Positions 1-22,405 of a stretch of 52,868 nucleotides of DNA are shown here, piece after piece. The stretch's first letter is position 1. Every line of letters begins with the position of its first letter. The notes below the pieces were generated by a model. The model searched no databases. It was not told where the DNA came from and saw only the letters and a list, made by a program, of their open reading frames with translations. Both the position numbers and the translations under genes were made by a program. Source of the DNA: Bigelowiella natans CCMP2755 (taxonomy: Eukaryota; Protista; Cercozoa); contig ADNK01000606.1 of assembly GCA_000320545.1 (NCBI GenBank), positions 1-52,868 on the forward strand. Reading direction: 5' to 3'.

Positions 1-75
1 CCCTTACCTTACGTACACTCGCTCTCTCTCTCTCTCCTCTCCCCCCCCCCCCTCCCTCCCCCTCCTAACTTTTAG

Positions 76-575
76 CATGGAACGTGCGAACGCCCAAGCT
101 CAACCTCCTCTCGAAAGTGTGGGAGAACAAAGGTCAGGCTGCTGATGACGTCCACTGTCATCGGTGCCACTCAATGTCGTTGCAAAGCTCTAGATGTGTG
201 CTGTTCCTCCGCTCCTAAAGATTTGCGCTCGCTGCTTAACACTTATTCCTTTACTTCTTCCTCTACTACTGCTTCTACTACGAACCCTGTGCGTGATGCG
301 ATATGATCCCGGCTACCAGGCTTCATCGCTGTCTTCCTCACGATCTTCATCCTCCAGGTGATGGATTGATGATGTGTTCTGTTATATCATGCTTGTCGAA
401 GAGTATGGGGAGGGTTATGCTGGTGTAGTAGCGTTGGCAAGGGGGGGAGGAGGGGGATAGCAGCGTTGAACAGGCAATACAGTTTGAGGGCCGAAGACAG
501 GAACATACATTCAAACACACTAAGACCGATGTTATTGCACGACTCCGCACACGCGCACCCATACGAGGACACAAC

Positions 576-607
<32 letters not shown>

Positions 608-982
608 AAGAGAAAGAGAGAAGAGAGAGACCGGAGCGCTCATAAGCTTACACTCAGATTGCGTTTTGCCAAATCGGTGGGTCGCTTCTCCGTACAGTAC
701 CTCTCACTCTAAGGTAAGATGAAGAAGCTCTGACCTCAATCAATCAATCAAACGCGTGATGATCGCTCATCTCTGTTTATCTATTAACAAACATCATTGT
801 CTCGACGTTGGATCGGCATCATCATCGTCATTATCACCATCATCATCATTCAGGGAGTGGGGCTGCCTAGTATTGATGAGCATCACGATCATACCCTTCG
901 ACCTGCTCCGTAAGGTGGGAACAGCTGCCATCCTCACCAAACACAAGCACAGTCAAATATGTAGTTATCCATGCATATACCT

Positions 983-1018
<36 letters not shown>

Positions 1019-1572
1019 TATATGAATCTTCAACGCCGCTGCAATAAAAACATGTAGGAAAAGTAGTTTTAGAGCGCTAAGAGCATCGATACGTAGAGAG
1101 AAATAGTGATAGCGAGGAGGAGAGACGAGATCACCGACAGATAATTCTTGCAGATGTTGTTCGAGTCCGGGGACGTCGCAGGGCTCCGAAAGTACTCATT
1201 TTATTTGAAAAAACTGCGCACGATGATGCGGAGCAGCAGGCGCAGCAGTAGGATGGAGAGAAAATCATAGATGAATGATGACAGAGACGGTAATTAAAGC
1301 CCCCATTGCTGCTAATATTGCTATCACGGTATATGATAGGAACGAGGGCATGAAGGCAAAGGGTTCTGAAGGAAAAATCGCTATAAAACTGGTAAATGTC
1401 CTTGTCTTCTCTATTCGACCCACCCTCTCCACCACCCCTCCTTCCGACTCCTCTTCCTCCTCCCCCCCCCCCCCCCTTCGTTTTATGTATAGCAATGCTG
1501 CTGACTGATAGCGGTATGCACTATATATCTCGATTGCAGGAGAACCCCGTCATGAATGACAAGTTAGACTGA
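76..1572 (+). CDS. P-type Ca2+-transporting ATPase (P2 type), last exons only; gene starts before the window
   Basis: Joined GT-AG exons (~76-132, 320-357, 658-712, 853-914, 1154-1191, 1540-) read WNVRTPKLNLLSKVWENKGFIAVFLTIFILQIAFCQIGGSLLRTVPLTLREWGCLVLMSITIIPFDLLRK. This matches the TM8-TM10 pattern (N.R...N..F.....Q....GG....T.PL...W......IP.D..RK) of the cation-ATPase C-terminal domain. The stop is ambiguous (1555 or 1572). Confidence 0.8.
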
Positions 1573-2450
1573 TCGGAGGAAATACTCCTTCATCCTTGTG
1601 AAGAGCATTGCTTTGTGTTGGTGTGGCTTCCTTGTAGTTCCACAGATGATCGCGCCATACTACATGTCGTTTAGTGAACACATTATCAGATTCGTCAAAT
1701 TACATTAATCCACGCATAGCTAGATAGCGCGATGGACGAAACGAAGTGCCTGCTGCCAGAGTTTTACTCTCAATGAGCGAGCTTGTTTCATGTCATGCTT
1801 GCTATACATGCATTGCTGTTGAGGACTGAATCTGTTATAGTTGCGCGTGTTGTTGGACTTCCATCGCTTATTGGGCTAACTATTCTTGCGTCCCAGTAAA
1901 TATGTCTAGATGTGCTAGCTAGCGCTGCGGCTGCAACAATGCATATGCATGGATGCGTGCAGTGTCCACGCCGCTTGTTTGCATAGATTAGGCAGAATCG
2001 AACAAAAACAATCTACATAGTGCTAGAGTGTCTAATTAGCCATCTCTAGCTAGCTAGCTAGATCTAACGCTAGCTTGAGCGCGGCATTATATACATGTAA
2101 TATGTATTATCGGCCCACATGTCGACCTTGCTTTCCTTGTAAGCAACCCTGCCACCGAGTTGTTTACAAGCGAGCATTAGTAAATGTTTCAAGCTCTATT
2201 TGACTAGTTGATCAAATCAACAGCATTGCAGCTAGCTAAACATTAGCAATGTGCGAGCTGTACATAGCTAGATTTGCATTGCACAATCTAGCAATGGATG
2301 GACGCCGCCAAATGTAATAATGATTGATTTTCTCGCAATCGACATTTTTAGCAAAGTGTTCATATGACGGTCGCAAACACATTATAACATGTTCTCAGGC
2401 AACTGGTGACTGGAAATCAATGCGAAACATTGCTTGCAGCTTTGCCGATA

Positions 2451-3569
2451 TTATGCCTGCGGCTTTGCATCGCTAATCACCTTTAACTGAGCCTTCGCGA
2501 CGTTACCGTTGCATTCATCTATTATGGCCTGAAACTTATCCACAGTCACTCCAAGTAAGGCCTTCATTTTCTTTGCCCCTCCCATCTTGGTATCAATTAC
2601 GTATTCTGCCAAAAAATTCAACGAGCGTGTCCTCTTTCCCTTCGAGTTCTCGTTTCTTTTCCTCTCTTCCCTCTCAATCAGTCGATCCTCAAATTCTAAG
2701 AGCCTCTGGATAAAGCCGGTGTTTGGTCCGATAATTTTCCGCTTTGATTTAAGAAGACGATACGCGTCTCTGACGGAAAGGTTCTTCTTCGCTACCAAAT
2801 ATGCAATTATGATGGTCGCAGAACGACTTCGGCCTGAATACACATACCAGTAAGGTACGTTCGCGAGTCGATATGGTTCACTAGCATAAATTCTAGCGCA
2901 AACATTAACTTCTTCTGCGCAAATTTTTATATTTGTTTTGGAGATCCATGAGGATGGAAGTTTACATCATGGAAGACGTGTTGCTATAAATGAAATACGT
3001 CACCGTTTTTTTAACGTCGCACCTGCGGAGCAATGTACTAACGTCTTGCCGTTGAAGCTATGGATCCAATAAATAGCATTCTCGAAGTGCTCTCCAATCT
3101 TAGCATCACCGTTGTCGTGGATTGGGATGTGTCGGACCTCCACAAAAACATCATACCCATCAAATCATTTCGCGAGATTGTTCCGCACAGCTATACTCTC
3201 CATCAAACATGCCGACAGAGTGAGCCTTAAAACATGATCAACTCCATACCTGGATGCCTCTACTGCTATTCTTTAATGATGCGGGCAGTTCAGGTATCAC
3301 TGAGATGCATTGGCCGATTTGCTCCTTCTGGAGGAAGCGAGGGTCGGCGCAGAGAACAGACGATATGTATAGCTTCCCTGGAATAACTTCGCATAAATCC
3401 GTTGATTTTTTGGGCTTGTTCCCGGATTTATGGCCTAGTTATTTCGAAAGCGAATGGATACAGTGAGCTTTGTTAAACGACCACGACCGATTTTGTATTT
3501 TCATTGGAAGTTTGAGCACCCTCCCCTTCCCTCATACCCTCCCTCTTGACTACTACCACAGTTTCCCAT
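2451..3569 (-). CDS. Atypical dual-specificity protein phosphatase
   Basis: Exons give EVIPGKLYISS...VRHIPIHDNGDAKIGEHFENAIYWI...TLVHCSAG|RSRSATIIIAYL...LKSKRKIIGPNTGF. The HCxxGxxRS catalytic loop, general-acid Asp and R..I.PN.GF motif are intact. Probable start is MGNCG at 3569. Confidence 0.9.
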
Positions 3570-4099
3570 CGGTTGCAATTCACTCTTCCTGTATTTCGGG
3601 ATGCAAAGGAAAGATCGAGAGGCCTTCTTTAGTTTGTCAAAAGAGTCTCAGACGCCTGCTCGGCCGTTCAGTTGCGTTTCCTCCTCCACATTGAGCAGTC
3701 AGGCTATGTCACATTCCGTTCTCCCAAAAAAAAGATCTCATTTTTTAATGTCTCTGGTCGAAAATCCATCCGATTCGGACACTTCCTACAATCCTCAAGA
3801 CCCAATTCGCATCCCCCTTTTTGAGGTGATCCTTCCCCGGCGTCGATGTGAGATGTGTACGTAGATCCAAAAATAGATCCGGAAACGAATTTATCCTTGT
3901 CGCAAGTAGGCTTTGTGGTCTGATTTGATCTATTTGCCGTGAATCGCCTGATGCACGATTGGGTGCTGCTCGGGTCGAGAAGAGGAGATGGAAGAAATTT
4001 CGGATGTCACAGTTCATCGTTGACCTGGAAGGACAAAACACTGCAGCTAATGGGAAATGCACTTCTAATTTGCTCTGTGTGCAAGTAAGAACTCGCACA

Positions 4100-13220
<9,121 letters not shown>

Positions 13221-14106
13221 TGTAACAGCCAGCGCAATGCAGTACTTATTCCTCCCCCCAGCAGTCTGATCGAGATAAAACAGGTTAAAAAATCTCCGTC
13301 GACCCAACCCGAAACATCCCTGTCGATGTAGGTGACGTACCTTCCGCCCCCCCGTCTAAAAATAGATCATCCGTTTCATCTCACACCAAGCGCAGGGGGA
13401 GGACTAGTCTTTAGATATAGCAGGTTCACAAGTGTCATGTCTAGTAACGAAAATCCGTTCGGCGAAGACACAAATCTCCTCCAAAAACCTTGTCGCATCC
13501 CTTTTTCGGAGGGAATCAGGGGAATTTGGAAGTATATTTTTAGCATAGGTAACGCATGTGATATTCGCAGGCTATTTAGCTTCTGCGACAATCTCAAGCC
13601 GCGGAATAAACCTCGATCGTACGATGTCGTAAGATAGAAACAGCTTGAATTTAGGCTAAGGAGGCGGGCAAAAAGCTGGCTCTACCTTCCGAATTTTATT
13701 GAGAGATTCCCGGAATGGGATGGTATGCTCCTGCCGGTGACTGCGACGAAATAAATCCATAATTAAGGACATTCAATGATGAAGACAAAGATATTACATC
13801 GTTTTAATTAGTCATAATCGTATGAAAATACTTTTTAATGTCTTAACAATCGGACTGACCGAGTTCTCCTGCCACCCCCACTCGTCAGCACCTCAACAAC
13901 ACTTGTGGAGGCGAGTCAGGTTCGCGTTTCATTGCACCCTGTTTCTATCTCACATTTACTTTGTTGTTGTTATTGACGAATTTGTCGCGTGCGTACACGT
14001 AGGTGCGCGCCTCAGCCTTCATTTCACGTGGGTTCCGTTGCTTTACCGGAAGACTTCCTGAATTTCCTCTCCCCTTCTTACAGTACCCTACTTGCAGCCC
14101 CAGTAG

Positions 14107-14737
14107 ATGCAAAGAATGGATGACTTCAGCAGGGCAGGATCTAGAAACCTCAGGTTGTTTTTTTACGCGGTCTTTCGGATTATTTTATAAGAGTGTCACT
14201 TCAAATTATTCCTTCTTTTCCTCATGCGAAGTTGGAGGCCCGAATCACTAATACAAACAGCCTTATATACTTTGTAGGGGTAGTGTTCCATCATCCTTGA
14301 GCTACTTGTTGTTACAGGTCGAATATCGACAAGCTTTCTCGGCTCTCGAGCAAGCTTCAGCGAATGGTCGCGCACACCCTTTTTTTTGAAAAATACAGCA
14401 CCGAATCACAGAGTATACCTTTCTTTTGCTTGAGAGCAGTGTGAATTATTGCATGCAGGCGACGACAATTTATTTGTAACGTCACCTTTTTTGTGCTATT
14501 GTCCTCGCCATCACGTTATCTCTTCTGTCCGTTGGCCATCCTCGCAGGCCGCCACTATCGGCACCGGCCGTGATAGCCCTTCCTTCCGAGAAAAACTGAA
14601 TGAGGAGAAGGACAGAGGAATGACGCTGATCCACACCGTTGTACGCATGATCAAGCAGATGCGTGCGCGAGGGGAGAGTCCAAGCGTGAAGGTAATGTTT
14701 AGATACTCACCGGCGCGACTTGCTGCTGCCCCCTTTC

Positions 14738-14778
<41 letters not shown>

Positions 14779-14939
14779 GTGTGTCTTCTTACGCTGGTGC
14801 GCGTATTCACGTGATACTGCTATTTTCTGCATAGGGTTTTGAGAAGGAAGCTCGCAAGGTGATTTCCCCCCCCCCCTGTGAACTATCTAAATGTAGACTG
14901 TAATTTGCGTTGTGTGTGTGGGGGGAAGAGTGTGTGCGT

Positions 14940-14974
<35 letters not shown>

Positions 14975-16621
14975 CTGAACAACATGCAGATATATCACAC
15001 TTCCACACACCCATTGTCATCTCTGTCCTGACTAATTTTTATGCAGTTTCAAGAGGTCATAGAGAGGATACGCGACCATGAGTCAAGACTTGTGCGCAAT
15101 AGTATAAGCTCTGGTGAGTGAGTTTATGAGCTCAAACCCATTAAGATCAATCACATACATACACAAGGCTAAAATTATGCGCTCAAACAGGTCGTAATTC
15201 CGATGTGGATGATGAACTAACAGCTGGCTTGCTCGATGGACAGCTACAGGTGAAACATATACGCATTCACTCATATTCTCCGTATTACTCTCGAAAGCCA
15301 ACGTGTGATGTGTGCTGTGTGATGGATGTTGCGGTGTGGGCTCTTCTGCTGCTGCTGCTGCTGCTCCTGCAGGAGGAGGCCAAGCTTACACATCTTGAAG
15401 CCAAAAAGAATCAAATTAAGGTCATTTGAAGAACAGTGAGATGAGGCGGTGAAAACGAGAGATTCTCTTCGTGTATACGTTCTTTCCCCACCCCCGTTCT
15501 CTCTTTCGCGACGATGAATGAACGACCTGACGATGGGGATGGAATGCACACACAGAATCTCGAGCAGGACGTCACAGAACTAGCTGGCATGTTCGTGGAC
15601 TTACAAGTACTACGTTTCTTCTTGCTCCTTTTCGGCGACGACGATGACGATGATGATGATGAAGATGATGACCGCGAGATGACGAATATCACGACTGCAG
15701 TGATAGTAGCGTTGGTGGTGGTGGTAGTGGTTGCAGCCCTCCTCTTCCTCCTCCTCCTCCTCCTCCTCTTTCTTGATTATCCATTCGCGATTCCGTCGTA
15801 TGTGTTGTTGCGTTTCCTCCTGCTCCTACTTACCAGAATATCACCCATTATTGTCTCATAATAACCATCATCATTCCTTCCATCCTCAGGGTCTTGTCAA
15901 CGACCAACAGGCGACGGTCGATCAGATCACGGTATTCGTCGTTGGCGTCGTCGTCGTAGTAGTAGTAGTAGTAGTAGTAGTAGTTGCAGTCTTCCCATTG
16001 ATTATTTATTGCACAACACCACCCCCACCAACCGTTTGATGGATTGATATTGTCTGTCTGTCTTCGACGTCGTCGTCTGCTATCGGACAACAGGTTCACG
16101 TTGAGGAGGCGAAAGAGTACACGAACAACGCAGCTACTGAACTAGAAAAGGTGGTATCCTCCTCCTTTTCTTGAGGAGACGGGCGGGGTGTGTGGCAAGT
16201 CTTTGACACTTGCGACCCAACTCGAACATTTATCATCATTATCACCATCATCATCATCATCATCATCGTCGATATCGACACGTTCATCATGCTATTATCT
16301 TCAATCCAGGCGGAAAAGTATCAGCGCAGTGCTCGACGGAGGCAGCTGTGCTGCTGCATCCTCCTCCTCGTCGTGCTCCTGTAAGAAGAAGATGACCACA
16401 CACATTAATTTTTGATTGATTATGATCATAATATGTGCCTACGAATCATTTCTGATCAAAGCAGCGTCCCCCTCTCCTCCCCCTCCTCCTCCCCTCATTC
16501 GTCCATTATCCTTTCTTGCTCGTCTGTCGTATCGTGAACATTTACAATGGACGACTAAAGCACGTGTATGTACAACGGCAGGATTGTAGCTTTGGTAATC
16601 TACCTCCTGGTCAAGAAATAG
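14107..16621 (+). CDS. Syntaxin (Qa-SNARE), syntaxin-7/12 / PEP12 / SYP2-like
   Basis: Habc segment ...LQRMAATIGTGRDSPSFREKL...; SNARE motif NLEQDVTELAGMFVDLQGLVNDQQATVDQITVHVEEAKEYTNNAATELEKAEKYQ; C-terminal TM LCCCILLLVVLLIVALVIYLLVKK*. Exon phases are consistent. Confidence 0.9.
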
Positions 16622-17642
16622 CACGCTAGGGTGGCGCTCTTCCAAAAACTTAATTAGTAGTAACTCCTTCGGCATGCATAGTGGCGTGCCGTCGCCTACG
16701 TGAATGCAAGCTACAAGGCAACAACACCACAGCTGCAGCAGTACTTTCAGTCTGCTGCACTGGCATTATTATCTCATTTTTAGCATGTGGTCAAATTTTA
16801 ATATAACGAAGCCGGATCGACGGATGCAATGAGTAAAAACAGAAGCAGAGCTCGTCACATAGCATGTATACATCATGTATCGTAGGCCTGCTCGCCTGCT
16901 GTTAATACTACCAATAATCTAGATAGTGACATAGCCATGCGGCATGGATATGTGCTAGGTGACTATCTGTTAGCAAAATTCTGCACGCCTGCGTCTGCGG
17001 AGATATGTAATCATATTTCAAGAGCTTTCAATTGCATGAAGCACGTGGTGGCAGAAACCAACAGATGTAACATTAGCGCTGTAGCCGCTGCATTGCACAG
17101 CTACATCAGGATGACCATTGAAAAAATTTAATTCTTCATTACATCCGTCTCATATTTCAAGAGCTACATGCAGCTCTCCCTACGTGCGTATCTAGCAGGT
17201 ATGCTATGTAGATGTGCGCCCAGTTAATAGTAGATATACAATTATATGAATTGAATAATGCCATCCAGTTTGGCAATCGCGTAGTGCACCTGCGCCAGCT
17301 GCCTGCACTTATTATTCAATTACGCGCTCATGCCCGTGCTGCAGGTAGATAGTAGCACAAATATACACTTGCTTTTATACCCTAATTTAGACACGCATAT
17401 ATGGAAATGTGTAGTGTGTTATCTACTACTACAAGTACTTCGTCTACTACTGCCTAATCAAATTAAGCAAGCTGAGATGATGCAAAAATTGAGGACATAT
17501 GCGATTCCCACGGCTGGCCGTCGTCGCCGCGGGTTGGATGTGGCAGCAGGACGACGTATATCCGACCGCGAGCAGGGCAATAACGCTTTGCACTTGACCA
17601 CGTTACTCGCCCACCATCACAGCAGCGTTGTCATTAGAATTC

Positions 17643-17999
17643 CTAGTACTTTGCATAGGCCCCCCCCCCGTAAGCTGGCCCACCCCCTCCTTGAACCGGA
17701 GGATATCCACCAGGTGTTGCTGTTGTGGGGACTGCTGCTGCTCCTCCGGCTGCTGCGTACGGATGAGCGGCGGGGGGGTAAGCAGGTGCTGGCGGCTGCT
17801 GCACACTAATTGGTGCTCCTTTGGCGTCATAGCCGGTAGGTGGTGGCTGGGCTCTGAGAGAGGAAATCAAGATTAGTGAAGGGGGAAGAAGGGGGGCGGG
17901 GGGGGAGGAGAGGCAGCAGAAGGATCGGCGACAGAAGCACATGAAGCACATCAGAATCCCTCCCCATCACCGTCATTCTCACTCACTCTTCTCATACAC

Positions 18000-18033
<34 letters not shown>

Positions 18034-18445
18034 CTTTCCTCGCTCGAATAAAAGAAGAAATCAATCCCATCATACCCCTGTGCTGCAGCGGCAGCAGCGG
18101 CGGCAGCAGCGTAGTTCGCGTAGTACTCCTGGTACGCAGCATATCTGCAGTGCATGTGACGTACGTAAGAAGAATGATAATCCCGTTGTTTGTCAGCGAA
18201 CGATGGTAGGATATGTCAAGGCATCGGAAAGAAAAAGAGAAAGAAAGAAAAGGGCGAGAGTTCGCCGTGTGCATGACGATTTCCTCCTTTTTTATTATCT
18301 CTGCTTCCTTCTCCCTGTTTTAGACAACCCCCCTTCTTCCACCTTCATCCGTTCCATCGCTCATAGTACTCTCTCTTTCTCTCGTGTGTGTGTGTGTGTG
18401 TGTTTGTGTGTGTAGAATCGACGACCAACAGTTTAGACAGCACAC

Positions 18446-18477
<32 letters not shown>

Positions 18478-18755
18478 GCAGCCTTCACCACCACCACCAC
18501 CACCACCACCTAGTAACTCTTCTTCTATCCCTTTGTCCATAATAATAATAATAATCATCATCATCATCATCATCATAATTACTGTTCATGCTGCGCGTAG
18601 GCCATAGCAGCAGCTGCTGCTTGGGGATCGTATTGTTGTGGAGCGCCGTACGACTGCGGCGGCAGCTGCTGCTGTTGTTGCTGCTGCTGTCTAGATGCTT
18701 CTATGTATGGATCCATTGGCAATCTGACAAGGAGAATAAGAGGACGGGGGAGATT

Positions 18756-18790
<35 letters not shown>

Positions 18791-18934
18791 AATGATGATG
18801 AACGAGAGAGAAAGAGAGAAAGAGAGAGTACACATCCGAAAAATCTAGTGTCGTCAACCATACATCTCACAGCAGAAGAGACAGAAGGCCAAATTCCGCA
18901 TCATCTCTCCCCTCTTACTAAATCGAATCTCCCC

Positions 18935-18974
<40 letters not shown>

Positions 18975-19579
18975 ATATATCTCTATCTCCCTGCCCCTCC
19001 ATTCTCCTCCATTGTAGTCTTCTTGGTAGTACTACTACCCTACGATCTGAGCCACTTCCTCATACGCAACAGGGAAGAGCTCGATATACCGCCGACCTAT
19101 ATGCTCCTGGAACGAGGATCATAAAACAATCATACACAGCAGCAGCAGCAGCAGCAGCGGCAGCAGCAGCGGATAGAAACGCGAATCATCACCCACTGCT
19201 ACAGCATCGGAATATTATGTCCCATTTTCTTAAACCGACAGCATATCATCCCGCTCACCCCCCTCCCCCCCCCTTTTCCCCGCCACAACTCCAGAGGCAG
19301 TCAGGAGATGGACAGCACTACCTTGTGCAAGGAGAGCCCTGTACGCTGCTCGCTACTCGTCTGAAACTCGACGAAGGCCTCCCCCCCGTTATTCTTCCGG
19401 TGGATTCGAATCGGGGTCACGCTGGCTTCTGCAGGGGGATGATAGCAGCGGTTGGTGATAGTCATGTCGATATCGATGATAATGGTGATGATGATGATGA
19501 TAGTGGTTGGGGAGGGGACGGGTGGTGGCAGATCTGCCGTGTAAACTAATCTGTGGTTGTTCACCACCATTTCTTATCT

Positions 19580-19620
<41 letters not shown>

Positions 19621-20142
19621 CTCGTCGTTTGCTACTACTTACTTGTAAAGAAGTCTGTGATCATCTGTTCCGTGCACTGGAACGGTAACCCCCGCATCTT
19701 TAGGCAGAACGTCTCCCCCACATATCTAACAACCAAACGCGTTATCATTTGAATGGGTCGGGACAAAGGATGATCATGATGAGGAGGGGGGGAAAGGGGG
19801 GGTGGAGGAAAGGCGGTCGCAGCAGCAGCAGCAGCAGCAATTTCGAAAAAAGAGCGTTCATCGTCGTTTTGATGATCTTCAACCAGGAAGCAGTACATTT
19901 ACTAAGATTATTGATGGCTGCTACTGCTACCAGCGTTAGCACCAACCTTTGAGCAGCGGCACTGCTACCAGCATTCCCCATTGTCATCTGCATCTCGTCC
20001 ATGTTCGACCTACATTTGGATCAATCATATCATGTAGCAGCAGCAGAGACAGCAAGGGAGAAAGGAAAAGGGCAAAAAAGTAAGTGAGGAGAAGCAAGTG
20101 CTGATCGGCACCATTTCTCAGCAGATAAAAGGAGAAGGTCAC

Positions 20143-20174
<32 letters not shown>

Positions 20175-22362
20175 ATCATCATCAATCACACCTGAATATT
20201 TCGACATATCGGTGGCCAATCTTCTCCCTGTTCCGCTGCAGACACTGGCCCAACAGATCTGACGAAGCGACCTGAGCAAACAGGGGCATAATTGCAAGGG
20301 GGAGGGTGATAAGATGAATCATGTGATCATCAAAGTCGCTGTCGCTTGGTTGCTGGAAATCGGTAGGTGGAGGATGTTGTTTGTTGTTGATGATGCTGTT
20401 GCGTCATGGTTAAGTCATTGCCTCGACAAAGCCCTCCCCCGTCGGGCGGCCCGTTCCAGGGTCTACTGGGAGATGCACACGCACTGCAAAAGATGGAGGA
20501 CACCACCACCGTCATCACCATTGTTATTATCATTATCATCATGATCATATCACAACGAAGAAGAGGAAGAAAGTATGCAGGACTACAAATTGGATGGTTT
20601 TTCTTTTTTAAAAGTTGTTTCTGCGCTCGCTGTTCTTTACTCTTTGCCTTCTTCTTTCCCTCCCTCTCCCTCTCCCTCTCCCTCTCTCTCCCCCTCTTTC
20701 TTGTGGTAAATTCCGTGCTCCCCCGTCCTTCCCCTCTCTCCATTCTGTCTTCTGCTTCTCTCTTGTCGTCGCAATTTTCTTGCTTACGGATGGGTATATT
20801 GCGGTAGAATTCGACGATATCCTCCTCCCGACATGTGTAGGGCAGCCCTCTGGATAATATTATGTGGTCAGAGGGGGGAAGGGAGGTGGGCGAGTAAAAG
20901 GAGAAAACAATAATGTACGTGAGGGACGGATGAATAGACTCCTTGCACACTCATCGTACAATCAATGCAAATTACTCAAATGAACGTATGCATATGTACA
21001 TGGGTGCACATGCGTATATTATATGTTTATATATTGTGTGGATCTACAACAATGCAGGTAGGATCATCAAGAAAAAGGTAATGATGCGTGGTCACCCCTC
21101 TTGTTCTCTTTCACCCACTCCCTTCTCTCTCTCTCCCTCCCTCCCCCCCTTTCTCATTTCCTCACCGCATTCGCGCTACAAAGGGCATGTTCTTCGCCGA
21201 TGTCTTGCTCTCATCATAATTGCCCTAGAAACAGAGGAAGAGAAAGAGGAGGAGGAGAGAAGACGGTGTGTGGAACCACTTTCAGCATCATCATCATCAG
21301 CATTTAAAGCGAAGGCAGCAAAAGGCACATCTCAGTCGTCCTTGGATCATCAAGCAGAAGCTACTACTTCTTCTACTGCTGCTGCTGCTGCTACTACTAT
21401 CACTACTACGCTGCGCTGCTAGCGCCGAGCGATCGATCAATCGACCACGATCTTAATGCTACTACCGTTTGGTTGTCCCACTCTGCGAGGCTGCTTCTAT
21501 AGATCTCTATGTATCTGTGACCGATTTTCTCCTTATCCTAACATACAACACCCAACGACACGACGAAGGTGAGAAACGTCATGACAATGTGTTAGTTTGT
21601 AAGTCTTATCTGTATCATCATCATCATCAACAACAACAACAACAACGACACCCCGCACGAACACGACGCCGCTGTGTGTGCTACTGCAGCAGCAGCGATG
21701 ATGGTCGACGAGTATCAGCAACTACAACACCGCACGCACACACTCCTTCTTGCATATACCGACGCATGTATGGGAGCTTTACCCTGTTCGCCACGCAAAC
21801 AACACCGACATCATCCCCTACTCCCGCAACCCCCCCCCCCGATCATCGCTAGTGCTACCGCCACTCAGTAAACTAACCTTCTTGAGCCCTTCCTTCGCCG
21901 TCTTTGCATCGCAGAACTTGACGAGGCATTCGCCTTTGAATTTCCCCATTGAATCATGCGTGAGGTGGACTTTGTCGACCTGCAGCGGCTGCATAAACTC
22001 CTCCACCATCTTCTCCGTGCACTGCCAAGGCAGCCCGCGCAGCCTCAGGATGATCTCCTCAGCGCCATTGCCCATGAGGTTCCTCGTGTTACGACGCGCT
22101 TGCTGCAGCTCTCCTGCTGAACTCACAGGATATATCTCCAGGTACCGATGGCCCATCTGTTGGAGGGGTGGGGAGGGGGTGGCAGTGTTGTGGTGGGGAA
22201 GGTGAGAGAAAAATAGATAGCATTTGAAGCTGAGAAAAGCAAGCCCTCGCCACAAAAACACATGATATCATGAATGCACAGTTTAATGTCCGTAGTCCAC
22301 AGGAAAGAATGATGATAATGATGATGATGGTGGTGGTGGTGATGATGGCTATGGGTAAGAGA

Positions 22363-22405
<43 letters not shown>

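Noticed and set aside
13295-13335. EF-loop-like DRDVSGWVD and a 21-nt GT..AG segment upstream of the Kv gene
   Set aside because: That frame cannot be spliced in phase to the next Kv exon; it is probably 5' UTR or intron.
14270-14295. Minus-strand MMEHYPYK mini-exon as the Kv start
   Set aside because: It lies inside the plus-strand syntaxin gene.
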